The position numbers were made by a program, and so were the translations under genes. Shown in pieces: positions 1 through 12,550 of a DNA stretch of 64,000 nucleotides (positions within the stretch are counted from its first letter, which is position 1; each line of letters begins with the position of its first letter). This DNA comes from the human T2T-CHM13v2.0 reference genome, Homo sapiens: assembly GCF_009914755.1 (NCBI RefSeq), contig NC_060938.1; one strand, 5' to 3'. A model generated the notes under the pieces. That model saw only the letters and a list, made by a program, of their open reading frames with translations. It did not search any database and was not told the origin of the DNA.

Positions 1-714
1 AGGCTGATGCAAAAGCAGGATTTTCAGTTAATGGGTGTATTTGGCATAATGTTGACATCTACATTGTAGTAGAAACTGTCTTTGAAATTACTTAACTTCC
101 TTATCGTTGCAAACTCTCTTACTTTGCAAAACTCTCAGAGTGACAGTACTTTTAAAGTAGGTTTCAGATTTTAACCACGCCTTGTAAATAATGGGAAGCA
201 GCATCATTTTCTAAACCAGAAGGGTAAGGCACACACAGATACCTGAAAAATGACCTGATGGTAGCAGTGAGGGCAAACTCAGGGTGCTTATAGCAATTAG
301 CATTCCTCTACTTCATTAAATCTCAAAACTCGTTTTCCAATCAATCATTTCTGATTCAAAATTGTGTAATTATTGATTGATGACTATAAATAACTTTCTT
401 ACTATTTTTTTTCTTCCACCAAATAATAAACCATTTTATCCTCCCCACCCCAGGTGCTGAAATCCTTTTCTCTATCTTTCATCATCAACAAAACTGAAGT
501 TAAAATCAAGGATATAATTAGTCCTGAGCAATGTTTTAGTTATAAAGTAAAATAAAACATCAAAAAGGGAAAGAAAAGTTTAGCTTAGTTTTTACTTCTT
601 TATGTTTTTAATTTTTAAATAAAGAATTAAAGAAACACCCCATTCAAAGCCACACATCATTTAATTATGTTGCTTAGGAATGCTTTAGCTTAAGAATTTA
701 TGATAACACGTAAC

Positions 715-950
715 TTTCCTGACTGTTTACTATTTACCAGTCACTGTATATGCTTCTTTTTCCCCTCTTGAATTTCTAAGAACTCTCTTATTTAGATACT
801 ATGTTTATCTTTTTTTTTATCATTGAGAAAACTGAAGCTTACCAAGCTCAAGTAGCCTGGCTAAGTTACATTCAGTAAGCCATGGAATTGGAATTTGAAC
901 CCAGGCCTTCCTGACTCCTAGAACTTGCTGTCCTAAGCCTTGTATTTACT
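715..950 (-). mobile_element. MIR SINE relic
   Basis: gagaaaactgaagctt...aagttaca...ggaatttgaacccagg...ctgactcc matches reverse-complement MIR core. Confidence 0.7.
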
Positions 951-1575
951 GCCTCCCCATTGCTGATACTGACATTGTAAATAACAAGAGTTTTGCAGGT
1001 TCGGTCAGCAAATGAAAAAATGAAAGCAGCATTATTTTCCACCAAAGATTAGCAAAAAAAAAAAAAAGCATCACTGTTTGCTTAGGAGAACTTGAAGAAA
1101 CCTGAGAGGAGTGATTCTAAAAAATAACCCTAAATTCATTAAGAGTGGAGATACTGAGTAATTTGGAGACATTAGATTTTGAAAGTACAATTTCAATAAC
1201 CATTGCAGTGATATTTGTGAGCGCAAACGTATTTTTTGAGTTGTTTCATGAGTTTACATGCAAGCGCCATGTGATAGAAGGCTTGAAGCCTGCTGCTGGA
1301 ATTCCCACAGACACTGTCTCCAGGCTCCATCATGCCACTGCAGACATCATTCTAACAAGCTGCTGTGCAGCTCCATGGCCCTGCTGTCCTCCTATTCCCA
1401 GGGCTAAGAACCACTTCTGTGTTTGACATCATCATTATTTTAGGCTTGGCTATTTTTAGAAGGATGGGATTAATCCGGGGAAAATTAAATTGAGTATGTC
1501 AGGAATCTTGGCATCTTTAGGCACTTGAAGGGAGGAAAACAGACCAGCTTTGTAAAGTCTGAATGGCCTGGTGAT

Positions 1576-1612
1576 CTCTTTCTCTTTCTCTCTCTCTCTT
1601 TCTCTCTCTCTC
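1576..1612. repeat. (CT)n/(CTTT) microsatellite
   Basis: direct reading. Confidence 0.9.
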
Positions 1613-2753
1613 ACTTTCTGTGTGCCTGTCTGTCTCAAATGGAACGCTTGTCCTTACTTGCTCCCTTAATTGCTTCTCATCAGCAACATGAGCTTTTGTT
1701 CATCAGCCTCTTCTTATTGTCATTGCCTACAAGTAGAGCATCCAGCTGGCAATTCGTAGCGCTTGCTGTTTATAACCAAAGTTGTATTGCTCTTTGATGA
1801 GAGACAAAAAATAAATAAAAGAATAAAAACGGAAAAAGAATGGCATGTGGGAAACTAGTAACTAAACAGAAGGGACATCCATTTTCGGTGATAGAATACA
1901 GCCCAGTTCTCAATGAATAGTCAAGGTAGAAAGGCCTGAGAATACTAAGTTAAATATGTACAATCACATACTTATTCTCCTATGCTAAACATTGACATGA
2001 TTTTATTGTATTCTCATTCTCCAACCTTAATCCTGAGACTCAGATTCCCTGACATGCTTCTATATTATCTAAGCATCAACCAAACACTCAACTTGTCTCC
2101 AGTCTCAATCTCATTTTCATCCCCAAACTAGCAAATAAACTTGCATCAGCGGGCATGAGTTCTTGGTCATAGTTTTATTTGGGGCCATCTGCAATTTTAG
2201 GGCTTCTATCCCATCCACGATGCTGCGCTTGCCTTTGCTTCAGGCAACTTCAGTTCTATAGTTGTCTAGGTGTTTGGGTGCTCAGTGTTTGACATACTGG
2301 TTTAGGTACTCAAAATCCAAAATGGCAACCCTCAGATTAACTAGTAACTCTTAAAATGAAGACCAAAATAGAATTTGGCACAGTGCATGACACAATTAAA
2401 TAATTTCAAAAGTACAAGTAGGAAATAGTTGAATTTACAAGTGGGCAAATAGGAAATTGTCCTCAATCTTCTCTGAAAGTGAGAGGGGAAATGAATGAAA
2501 GTAGAAATGGATACTTTGCAAACAGCAATTTTGGAAAAACAGACAGCCAGCTTGCCAGAGGCAGACATGGTGGAGGAGGTGAAGTGTAATAGGCATTGCT
2601 TAAATCCTTTGTGATTGGACAAATCTGACTCCTTAATATTCCAGAAAAAAGAAGACCCCTAACAATGGTAGATTTAGGGATAACTCAGCTAGATGTATGT
2701 GAAAGGATAAGCGGAGCTTTTCTGTTTAAATTTTAAAATGGGATATAAAAGTA

Positions 2754-3198
2754 GAGGTGCTCCATGACTTACAACAGAATGACATCTTGATAAACCCCAT
2801 TGTAAGTTGAAAATATTGTAAGTTGAAAATGCATTTGATAGACCTCACTTACCAAACATCATAGCTTAGCTAATAAACCTCACCTACCAGTCATCATACC
2901 TTAGCTTTGCTGACTTTAAACATGGTCAGAACACTTACATTAACCCGTAGTTGGGCAAAATCATCTAACACAAATTCTATTTTATAAAAAAAGTGTTTAA
3001 TATTTTATGTAATGTATTGAATACAGAAAGTACAAAAAAAAGAAGGTTGTATGGGTATTGGAAATATAGTTTCTACTGAATGTGTATTTCTTTCACACAA
3101 TTTTAGTGTCAATTTGTAACTGCGGCCTGGGCAATGGAGTGAAAACTTGTCTTTAAAAAAAATTGTAAGTTGAACTATCACAATTTGGGGACCCGCTG
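2754..3198 (+). mobile_element. MER47A-like Tigger (Tc1/mariner) non-autonomous DNA transposon
   Basis: TA-flanked; gtgctccatgactt...gtaagttgaaaatattgtaagttgaaaatgcattt...gttgggcaaaatcatctaacaca...ggggacccgctg follows MER47A; contains a 35-bp internal duplication and an Alu-tail insert. Confidence 0.8.
3125..3162 (+). mobile_element. extremely 5'-truncated Alu (last ~30 nt plus A-tail)
   Basis: gcctgggcaatggagtgaaaacttgtctttaaaaaaaa resembles the Alu 3' terminus; absent from MER47A consensus. Confidence 0.6.
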
Positions 3199-3809
3199 TA
3201 ATTGGCCCAATGCTATAAAACTCAAAAAGACCAGAATAACACCATGGGTTATCAAATATTTGCTTTTACAGAGTTTTACCATTTTCAATGAGCTAATGTG
3301 TATTTTATCTCAGTTGACGTTCAAGTAACACAGTGAGATAAGCTGGACAAACATATATATCCTGTAATATGGGACAAGGAAAGTGCAGGTCAAGAACTTC
3401 GGAAATGACAGATTTGTGTTACGTTGTAGCAACAAGGAAAGTATGAGTGGTGCTCTACTATTCATGACCGGAATAACAGGTGCTGGAACATACATTAACC
3501 CTTGGAAATACTTGAGGGTATTTTAAACACAGGAGATTTTTGATATTCAGATGTTGAAGGCCACAAAAATAAAATAAAATAAATGACATGCTGGATCAAA
3601 AATTCAAGGTGTTCTTTCCGAGGAATTCCTTAATCAGGAATAAAAAAAAATACAAAACTTTGTCCTGCTTAATATGTATGTTGGATCTCACCATTTCTCA
3701 ACTCAAACCTATTTTGGTTTCTCAACTCAGAGAGAAAGTAAATATTCTACAGATTGGGTACCTCTTGCCTTTCTGAACCCATCTTCTGGTTCTATTCTTT
3801 ATTTTTATG

Positions 3810-3995
3810 AGTACCAAGCAGTTGCAAATATAAAACATTCATAACAACTCAATAAGGTAGGCACAATTATTGCTCCCATTTTATAGATGAAGTATTTGAG
3901 ACACAGAGCAATTATGAAGCTTGGCAGAGGTCACACAGCAAGTGAGTGGTTGTCACCAAGCAGTATGTCTGCAAAATTCACTCTCTTATGGACCC
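3810..3995 (-). mobile_element. MIR
   Basis: aacaactcaataaggtagg...cccattttatagatgaag...ggtcacacagcaagtgagtgg. Confidence 0.8.
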
Positions 3996-4004
3996 AGAAA
4001 TACT

Positions 4005-4445
4005 GTCTCTGCTGCATTCAGCTCACTTCAGCTACCCTAGTATTCTTGCTCTTATTCAGACATATTGGGCTCCTCTCATCTCAGCTCTCATTTATTATGC
4101 CTGGAAAGTCCTTCCTTTTACATATCTTACTGGATTTTCCCCTCTCTTCCTTCATGCCTTGTCTCTATGATACATTCCTTTATTATTTTATTTGAAATTG
4201 AAATCTCCTCCTCCTCTTCCTTCTAATTGTAGTCCCTAACCCTTTGAGATGCTTTATTTTTATCCATAGCACTTACCACATCGGACATTATAATTACTTT
4301 TAAATTAATTTGTTGTTTACTTGTCTCCCATCAAATAGAATGTAGTTTTCTGTGACAGGTAGCAGTTGTGGTTGTATCACTAGTCCTATAACAATGGATG
4401 GTACATGGTAGACACTGAGATGTTTGCTGAATGACTTAACGAACT
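4005..4445 (+). mobile_element. L2 LINE 3' end
   Basis: catagcacttacca...gtctcccatcaaatagaatgtag...ggtacatggtagacact...tgctgaatga terminus. Confidence 0.75.
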
Positions 4446-4885
4446 TACTGAAAATTCTTCAATAAGAGTCTCTCTCATAGAATTCCGATTCACTATGTCA
4501 GAGTCCACATATATCTGAGTTAAAAAATAAAACTGAACAAAAAGTAATCAGCTCAAGTGATTCTGATGCAAGTGGTCCATGGAATGTTGTAAAATGTGGC
4601 ATTAAGGTAATAAACTTTTTGAAAAACGAAAGTATATCAAATACACTTAGTTTTCCACACCCTTAAGCTTGCATTGTCTTATATTGTATTTTTAAACCAG
4701 AATCTGATATGAGGAATTTATTGCTATGTACTAATAAAGTTATAGCTCTTGATTTGACACTTTCTGGAGAAAGTACATTCCAAGTTTCTACTTGAATGAG
4801 TAAAATCTATGTAGTTACTTCTCAAAATTATTGAAAGTCAATGTAGACATGCAAAAATTTCTTAGGACTAACTAGTTACATTGAC

Positions 4886-5312
4886 TATCAAATGACAAAA
4901 TCACAACAAATCTAATTTAAAGATTTAGTTGGCTTTTATTTGTGATTCTAGAATCGGGCAACAGTTCTTTCTGCAAAGTAGAATGAGTATTACAATAAGT
5001 CGAGCAGAAAAGTTTAGCTTTATAGCCAGAAAATGGCTAAAGAAATCAGAAACAAGGAACAAGAAAATTGTTCACGTCAAAGGTACTTTCCTTATAGGCT
5101 TAAAACAGAGGAAAGTGCCTGATTGTGCTGACTCAGGTTCACTAGAATCTCCTGGTTTTTAGAAAACAAGCTTATTTGAAAATTCAGTTTGATTACATGA
5201 CACTTTGCAAAAGTGACTCCATTTTGGTTTGATCTGGAGTCAACCTTAGGTGCTAAGGCCTAGAGCAGGAGCCTCATCGAAAATAATGACATCTTATAAA
5301 CTTTGTCTAACA
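4886..5312 (-). mobile_element. ERV1-class solo LTR (MER4-group, subfamily uncertain)
   Basis: reverse complement begins TGTTAGACAAAGTTTATAAG...CTCCTGCTCTAGGCC...AAACCAAAATGGAGTCAC...TAATCAAACTGAA. Confidence 0.65.
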
Positions 5313-6430
5313 AGATTAAAAGCTAATTCCACTAGTGATTATATTATAAGAACATTTTGTATTAAAACTTAAATGCATCTAATAAATTTACAGTCTAGAT
5401 TTCAAATCCATATTGTGTGAAATTGTTTGCAATTATATGAACTTACATTCAGATTTTCTCAAAACATGTAAGAGGAACATGTTTGAATGTATAATCAAAA
5501 GAATACTATACCAGAATTAAAAAAAATATCAGGAGGAAATGAAAAAGAAATTTAAGTGAGTGGACTAGAGAATGAGCAGACTAAGGAAGACGAATACCAA
5601 GAACTAAAAAGTCTACTAGTGGAGTTTTTCTTAACATTATTTAAACTCAATCACAGTTTAATTCAGTAATATTAGGATATCCAAGTATCATAAGAAATAC
5701 GATCTGACCCATCTCATCAATTTAAAGAGAATACAGTTGCTAAATTGTTGCTCTGGATCTGAGAAGCTAGGTGAACAGGAAAAGATTTACCATTAATCTC
5801 AATAAATGATCATTTTTCTTTGCATTTGCCCAATCGCAAACAGGAAATGATGTTTCTCTTCAGCTCCGTATGTAAGGATTTCTGATCAAGCCAGACATAA
5901 CAAAATTGGGAACACAGAGTGTGTATGCAACAGGAAGAACAAAGAGCAACAGAAACAGAGAAAGAGAGAGAGCCCTGCACTGGAACATACACATTTCTTT
6001 TATTGAGAACTTACTGAGTTTAAAAGCATTTTTATATCACATAACAGAATGCAATTCAAAACTTCCATAACTAGGAACTGATGAATACTTCATAATTATT
6101 GAGCAAGTGTACAATTTTAGAGAAAGTCTTACTAACAATGTCATTTAAAAAGTCCCTACTCCAAACAGAAGAATAGGGGGTGCTGAAACAAGACAAAGAT
6201 CATTATTATTATTTTTTTCTCCAGACTGGTTAAGAGAGATAAAAATTCAGTAGGGAGGAGAACCTAGAGAGATTAGTATCAAGGTCCACTGAAGGTTTAT
6301 TTTATGTTTATAGATAAGTGTGTGATCTAAAATGTATCTATGATTCATTCCAGAGTTTGACTTCTGTCTTATTCTACAAATCACCCTAGTAGCTTCTTAA
6401 TTAAAAAGAACTTTTGCTTTAAGTTTCTAA

Positions 6431-6560
6431 GCTGGGTGTGGTGGCACATACCTTTATTCTCAGCTACTCGGGAGCCTGAGGAGGATTGCTTGAGCCCAGG
6501 AGTTCTAGGCCAGCCTGGGCAATGAAAGGAAACCCATTCATTAAGAATATAAAAATAAAA
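6431..6560 (+). mobile_element. Alu monomer (FLAM-like)
   Basis: gctgggtgtggtggcac...gaggattgcttgagcccaggagttc...gccagcctgggcaa plus A-rich tail; single monomer. Confidence 0.85.
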
Positions 6561-6816
6561 TATTTCAAATTGTCTAAAAAGGTATATTTCAGAGGTGGGT
6601 ATGTTATATATACATATAACAATATGTTTATACATTTTACATATATTACATTTTTGTATACATTATCTATCAATCTATCTAACATTAAATTATCTTTTCC
6701 TTTCTAACAACTTAGCCTAATCCAAAATGAATTCTGTCCACAACCAATGAGGTTCAAAAGGGACCCCAAGAGACTATAGTATCAACTGTCACCTTAATTT
6801 TGGTCTTATGAGACCT

Positions 6817-7072
6817 TGTTATGGGTTGAATTGTGTTCCCTCAAAATTCCTATATGAAAATCCTAGACTCCAGAACATTAGAATGTGACTATTATATGGA
6901 GATAGGGATTTAAAGGGGTAATTAAGAAAGAATGTGGTAATATGGGTGGGCACTGGTCCAATATGATTACTCTCCTTATAAGAGGAGGTTAGGACACAGG
7001 TGCAGACAGAGGAAAGGCTATGTGAAGACATTGGAAGACAGCCATCCACAAGACAAAGAGAGAGGACTCAGG
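6817..7072 (+). mobile_element. MLT1B-like MaLR LTR, 3'-truncated
   Basis: tgttatgggttgaattgtgttccctcaaaattc...ccttataagaggagg...tgtgaagaca. Confidence 0.85.
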
Positions 7073-7164
7073 ACTATAGCTCATATGTATTGGGTGGTTC
7101 CACGTGCCCAGTAATGAGCAGAAAGCTTTTCTTTTTTAATCCTGCTGCCCATAAGCATATGGGT

Positions 7165-7300
7165 TTGACATCATTTATATCCCCACTTCTCAAGTGAGGA
7201 AACTGAGTTTTAGAGAATTTAAGTAAAGTTTTATTGCTGGTAGGTGGTTATCCATGTATTGCCTCCATCTCTGTCTAATTGCAAAGGCCTGATCTTAATG
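7165..7300 (-). mobile_element. MIR fragment
   Basis: atccccacttctcaagtgaggaaactgag...agagaatttaagtaa. Confidence 0.65.
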
Positions 7301-8339
7301 ACAAGATCTTTGAAAACTGTAGATATTTGGAAGCTGCCAGAATCTAGAAAATGCATTCGTTTAGATGATTACAAGTCATCCAGAGTTTGGTACTAGGAAA
7401 AGTAAGCATCTGAACAGTTGGTGAGTTGCTCCAGATTTTACTTGATCATTGGCTTTTTGAAAGCCCAGCACATGAGACCCCATTAAACCAAAGGTTACAG
7501 ATCATTGTTCTGCTTTTAAGGAGGAAGTTTCAGTGCATCCAGAAGGAAGGATATACCACCTGACTCATCCCAGCTCATCACAACAGTTCTGAGAACTGCA
7601 ATATCAGTTACCTGGAGACTTTGGTACTCAGACAGCCACTGTAAAACAGGATGCACCTTTCCCATGAATTGGTGAAACTAAATGTTCTATGTGCAGAGAC
7701 TTTATAAGATCTGGCTTTGAAATTTGGGTTTTTCTTGTATCACTTTTTCAAATTATCTCTTTCCTTTCTTTTGTTTGGAAAAGGTGATACAGACACTGTT
7801 CTACAGAATTTATTTCCCCCGTAAAACTTATGAAGTTTTACCAACTAGAGGTGTTTGAAGGAAAGGTCATCCTGTGAAAGAAATAATTGTTCCCTTGGAA
7901 AGAAATAATTGTTCCTTTGAAAGATATTTTTTTTCCAAAATTCTTTATTGTAGAAAAAGCTCATGGAGCGCTAGCTTCTCTCTCAAGAAATTAAAGTGTA
8001 ATAGCTTATGAATTCAAATGCAATACAGCAGACTTAGAGAAATTTTAAGATCCATTAGGTTATCAAGACTGTCCTTCTGTAGCCTACTTTAAATTCTCTC
8101 TGCAAGGTGATTAAAAGTAACATTTAATAACAGGTCAGTTGACAAGTAGGTATTTAGCACCCACAGGGTATGGAGCTTTCTACAAAATGCTCAGAATTAA
8201 AACCTCTAAACTTACAAAATGAAAAGGGAGACAGTAATATCTTTTTCTCTGAGCATAGAAGCAATATTCAGTCCTATTTTCTCCCTTCCTCCCATATTTT
8301 AGAAAGATAGGCTTTCAACAATTATGCAAAAAAAATTAA

Positions 8340-8520
8340 TAACTTACATTTTTACAATATTCCTTCCTTGGTCAAATTGCTTTTTCATTCTATTATGTGA
8401 TTAAAATATTATTCCTATGAAGTAGAGAATGCATTATGTTTTCATATTTCAAATTAGGAAACTGAGGCCCAGAATGATAAAATAACTTGTAAATACACAC
8501 AGTTGGGGGAACAACCTGAA
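8340..8520 (-). mobile_element. MIR fragment
   Basis: cctatgaagtag...aggaaactgaggcccaga...aataacttg...cacacag. Confidence 0.7.
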
Positions 8521-8719
8521 TGCTTGTCTAGTCTCAACTTCTCCTTCAAATCGCATTGGACTATGCAAAGTGATAGTATAACAGGAATTTGCAGATGCAG
8601 TGAGAGTCTCATTTAACTTTTGCAATGCTTTTGGGACATGATCTTTGAGCCTACTCTACACACAGCAACTCTGGGAAATATACCTCTGGTCTGTGGTTCA
8701 GCAATGCTCTACGGACGTC

Positions 8720-10170
8720 CCTGCTATAGCAAAGATCACCCTCATTCCTATTGCCACAACCTGTATCTGAGTTTCCTGCAAAAATCTTTAGCCTATACCC
8801 TGCCTTCAATCTAGCTTTCCTCTAATCCATTCTTGCTTCCATGCTGGGGGGAAAGACATCTTTAAAATGCAAATTGGATTTCCAAGCCTTTCTGCATGAG
8901 TATTTAATGGTTTCCCAGAGATTTCACGAGAAAGACAACATCCTTAAGGAAACTTTCCAGGCCGTCTTTTGCCTGGGTTTGCCGATCCTTCTATTGCCAT
9001 CTTGCATCCTTCACTCTGCTCCTTACAGTTCCTGGAGCAAGCACTTCCCCTTGACAGAAATCCCCACCACCAATAATAATGAAACAGGATAGTTTCCTTG
9101 ATGCTTTTGCGGGACTTGTGAAGTGGGTGGCTCGTTTACTCAGCCGCTGCACTCAATCTCTTATGGCAGGGAGCACATGAGTGGATGGTTCCAGCAAATA
9201 AATGCACCAGCTCCTCTCTGATGGGAACAGGCACGGTGAGGGCCCCGTGGCAGCATCCAAGTATGTTACAATGTTCTTTTAGTTCTGCCATCTGGGAGTG
9301 GGTGTCTGCGAACCCTGGAGCCCCAGAGGGCATGTGTCACAATCAGTGCTCTTTTAGCATTTGTCATCCACAGATGACTAAGTGTTAACCAGCTCAGTGG
9401 AGGGGCAGGATGACAGTCTTTTACACCCTGCCCTCTTGGTACCCGAGTTCTTGTCTGGCATCCAGGAAGAATCAGGTCACATGAATGAATTGAAGGCTGG
9501 TGAATGTGGAGGTCTTTACTGAGTAGTGGAAATGGCTCTCAGTGGGAAGGGGAGCTGTAAAGGGGGTAGAGAGGGAAGATAATCTTCCCCTGGAGTCCGG
9601 CCATCCCCGGCTGAACTCTTCTCTGACCGTGGTCTCTGACTTCTAGCTGCTACTTCTCTTCTTGATGTTCAGATGTTTCTCTCTTCTGTGTATGTGTGTG
9701 TCTGTGTGTGTCTACTGAGTCGGGGATTTGGGATTCTTATGGGCACAGGATAGAGGGCAGCATTCGGGTGGGAAAACAGGGCTAGTTCTCACTTTGGGCT
9801 GCAGGTCCAGGCTTGAGGGTGGAGCCCTCGCCAGGGACACCACCCTCTTCCACCCAGTATTTCTCTGCCTCCTGTCCATATCCATAACACACTCACACAG
9901 CTTAATCTAGTTAATTCTTACCCAACGTTTAGTTTGCTGAAGTCCAAAAAATTATATCGGATCTTTATTTATTATAAGTTCCTTTAACACTGCATTTTTT
10001 TGACGTATTGATCTTGGTAGATAAATTTTGAGTTTATGTGACTAAGGTCAATCTGAACTTCTAGAATATGAGAACAGGGATCATGTTCTATGTTTTGCTC
10101 ACTATTGCCTCTCAGAGCCTAGCACAGCACTTGAAGCATCCTAAAGGTTCTGTAAATGTCATTTGAATGT
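8720..10170 (+). mobile_element. L2 relic interrupted by an ERV1 LTR
   Basis: L2-like text on both sides of the LTR; 3' end gagaacagggatcatgt...gcctagcacagcac...tttgaatg. Confidence 0.6.
9080..9883 (-). mobile_element. ERV1 solo LTR (LTR27/LTR28/MER52-like)
   Basis: reverse complement starts GATATGGACAGGAGGCAGAGAAATACTGGGTGGAAGAGGG; 4-bp TSD ATAA at 9076-9079 and 9884-9887. Confidence 0.85.
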
Positions 10171-10199
10171 TAAAACAATTTTTTTGGCTATGTTGGCTT

Positions 10200-10330
10200 T
10201 CACTCCAATTGGATTCCAAGTTATTTGAGGGCATAAACACCTGTTTTACATGTTCTATTGGCATATCTCCTGGTGTTCTGCACATTAAAAAGACTCAATA
10301 AATATTCAATAAATGAACTAATGCTGAATG
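10200..10330 (+). mobile_element. L2 3' terminal fragment
   Basis: ttgagggca...ctcaataaatattcaataaatgaa. Confidence 0.6.
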
Positions 10331-10723
10331 CCTTTTACACATATTAATAAAACACTCTAGTACTCTATCAGAAATGGACATGTGGCAAACTCGTTTGTGG
10401 TGAATTTCCCGATAGTTATTATTTTCTTGTTTCAGTTTATTTATTTATTTATGTATGTATTTATATTGATTTGAACAATATGAATTTAACTTTCTGGTAG
10501 ATAAAAAAGTTAAACGTAATCAATTTCATGTAGTTCAACCTAATACTTCATACCACCAACTTCTTCTACCTGTTATAGCATATTTTGCAATGAAATAGAG
10601 AAATATATACCACACACTTGTTAGAACTCCAGGAATTGAAACTAAAAAGCTATAGGTAAGGAGGGGAACTCTAGTGTAACAATAAACTCTGACATTATAT
10701 TGTCATTAAGAATATGGTTTTAG

Positions 10724-11020
<297 letters not shown>

Positions 11021-11284
11021 AGAATATGGTTTTAGTACAATTAAACTTAGCTCTGAACTTAACTGAGTAGGACAAGAAAGAAGAGCAATATAGATTCAGA
11101 CTCATTTTATGTAACCGAGTTTAAATGCTTATATTTTATTCAATTAACAACCTTTGATGAAATGTTGTGATGTTTGAATGTGAAGTTTATACATCCATAA
11201 CCTTTCTTTTTCCACTAAATTTCCCGCAGAAATCAGGTTCTGGTTCTGCATATAAGGAAAAAAAAAAAATGAAACTTGAGGTAA

Positions 11285-11466
11285 TTTGATACATATATAT
11301 GAAATATATACATTTTAAATAGCTATTTAAATATAAAATATATACACAAACATCACAGTAATTACATATAAATAATTATAGATTATATATTATTAATATA
11401 TTTATATTAATATAATTATGTGTGTTAATATATATTAATATTATTGATATATTATCTAAAATTATA
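11285..11466. repeat. AT-rich low-complexity tract with short palindromes
   Basis: e.g. ttaatatatattaa, tatattaatata. Confidence 0.85.
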
Positions 11467-11960
11467 ATCTGTTAGCACTATAAAAATGGTTTTACTAATA
11501 AATAGGTTTATTTTCAGATGAGTTGATTTAGTTTTCCTGTCCCCATGGGTGACATTCACCAAATAACTTTGTAATTCCACTTTGTCTTGTAATCTTTATT
11601 CAAATATTTTAATGCAGGTAGAAAATATCCCCTAGCTTTCATGGATTAAACAGCTGTGTTTTCACACCCCTTTCAGTAGTACTAAGGCCTTTCCATCCCC
11701 TCCAACAGAAATTTATTTCTTCTTTCAATGTAGATTTTAACCCTCTAGTTCTAGTTTTCTGCCATGATTCATTTTCATACTAAAATAAAAGAGTTGGGAT
11801 TCTTCCTAATTTGTATACTTTCTGATAAGAAATTCAAAGTTTTGATTGGAAAAATCAGTTATAAAGGAGGCTCAAGAAAAGAGAGAAAAACAATCCACAG
11901 AAGTGTACTGGTTTTAATGGTCTCTCAAAAGCATGTCCACCCAAAATCTGCTTGGATAAC

Positions 11961-12550
11961 TGTTAACAGTGGAGGGTGTCCAGGTTCTTGGCATTTTGAA
12001 CAAAGAATGTGACAAAACGCACAGACAAAGCAAGTAAAGAACGAAGCAACAAAATCAGAGATTTATTGAAAAATGAAACCACACTCCACAGGGTGGGAGT
12101 GGGCCTGAGCAAGTGGCTCAAGAGCCAAGATACAGAATTTTCTGGGGTTTAAATGCCCTCTACAGGTTTCGCATTGGTTACTTGGTATACACCCGAGTGT
12201 AAATGAAGAGGCCGAACTAAAGTTATGAAGTTATTTACTTGGCGTATACCCTATATCTGTTAGCACTATAAAAATGGTTTTATTGATAAATAGGTTTATT
12301 TTCAGATGAGTTGATTTAGCTTTCCCGTCCCCATGGGTGACATTCTAATGCAAATGAAGTGGATGAAGAGAGGTTACAAAGTTACTTGCTTGTTGTACAT
12401 CCTATGCAAATGAAGAGGATGTTTTCCATCATAGCTGAAGTAGAGTTACGAAGTCATTTACTTGGTCTTAGAAAGTTGGGGTTTTTACCTTTGATTTAGT
12501 TCTAGGAAGCCTTTCAGTTCCCTGCCTCCAGACCCTATTCTCCTGCTTCA
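11961..12550 (-). mobile_element. ERV1 solo LTR (LTR9/MER51-like) with octamer-bearing internal repeats
   Basis: reverse complement starts TGAAGCAGGAGAATAGGGTCTGGAGGCAGGGAAC; TSD TAAC at 11957-11960 and 12551-12554; ATGCAAAT at 12348 and 12404. Confidence 0.88.
12255..12345 (+). repeat. 91-bp direct copy of 11467-11557 inserted in the LTR
   Basis: atctgttagcactataaaaatgg...ccatgggtgacattc in both places; 4 mismatches. Confidence 0.95.

Noticed and set aside
7876-7919. 22-bp tandem duplication gaaagaaataattgttcc(c/t)ttg
   Set aside because: Ordinary slippage duplication with no further structure.
9544-9575. possible G-quadruplex
   Set aside because: Long loops, and lies within ordinary LTR sequence.
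12180-12470. spaced repeats (cttgg...tatgcaaatgaag...aagtta) superficially like a repeat-spacer array
   Set aside because: Internal tandem units of the ERV1 LTR in human DNA; not CRISPR.
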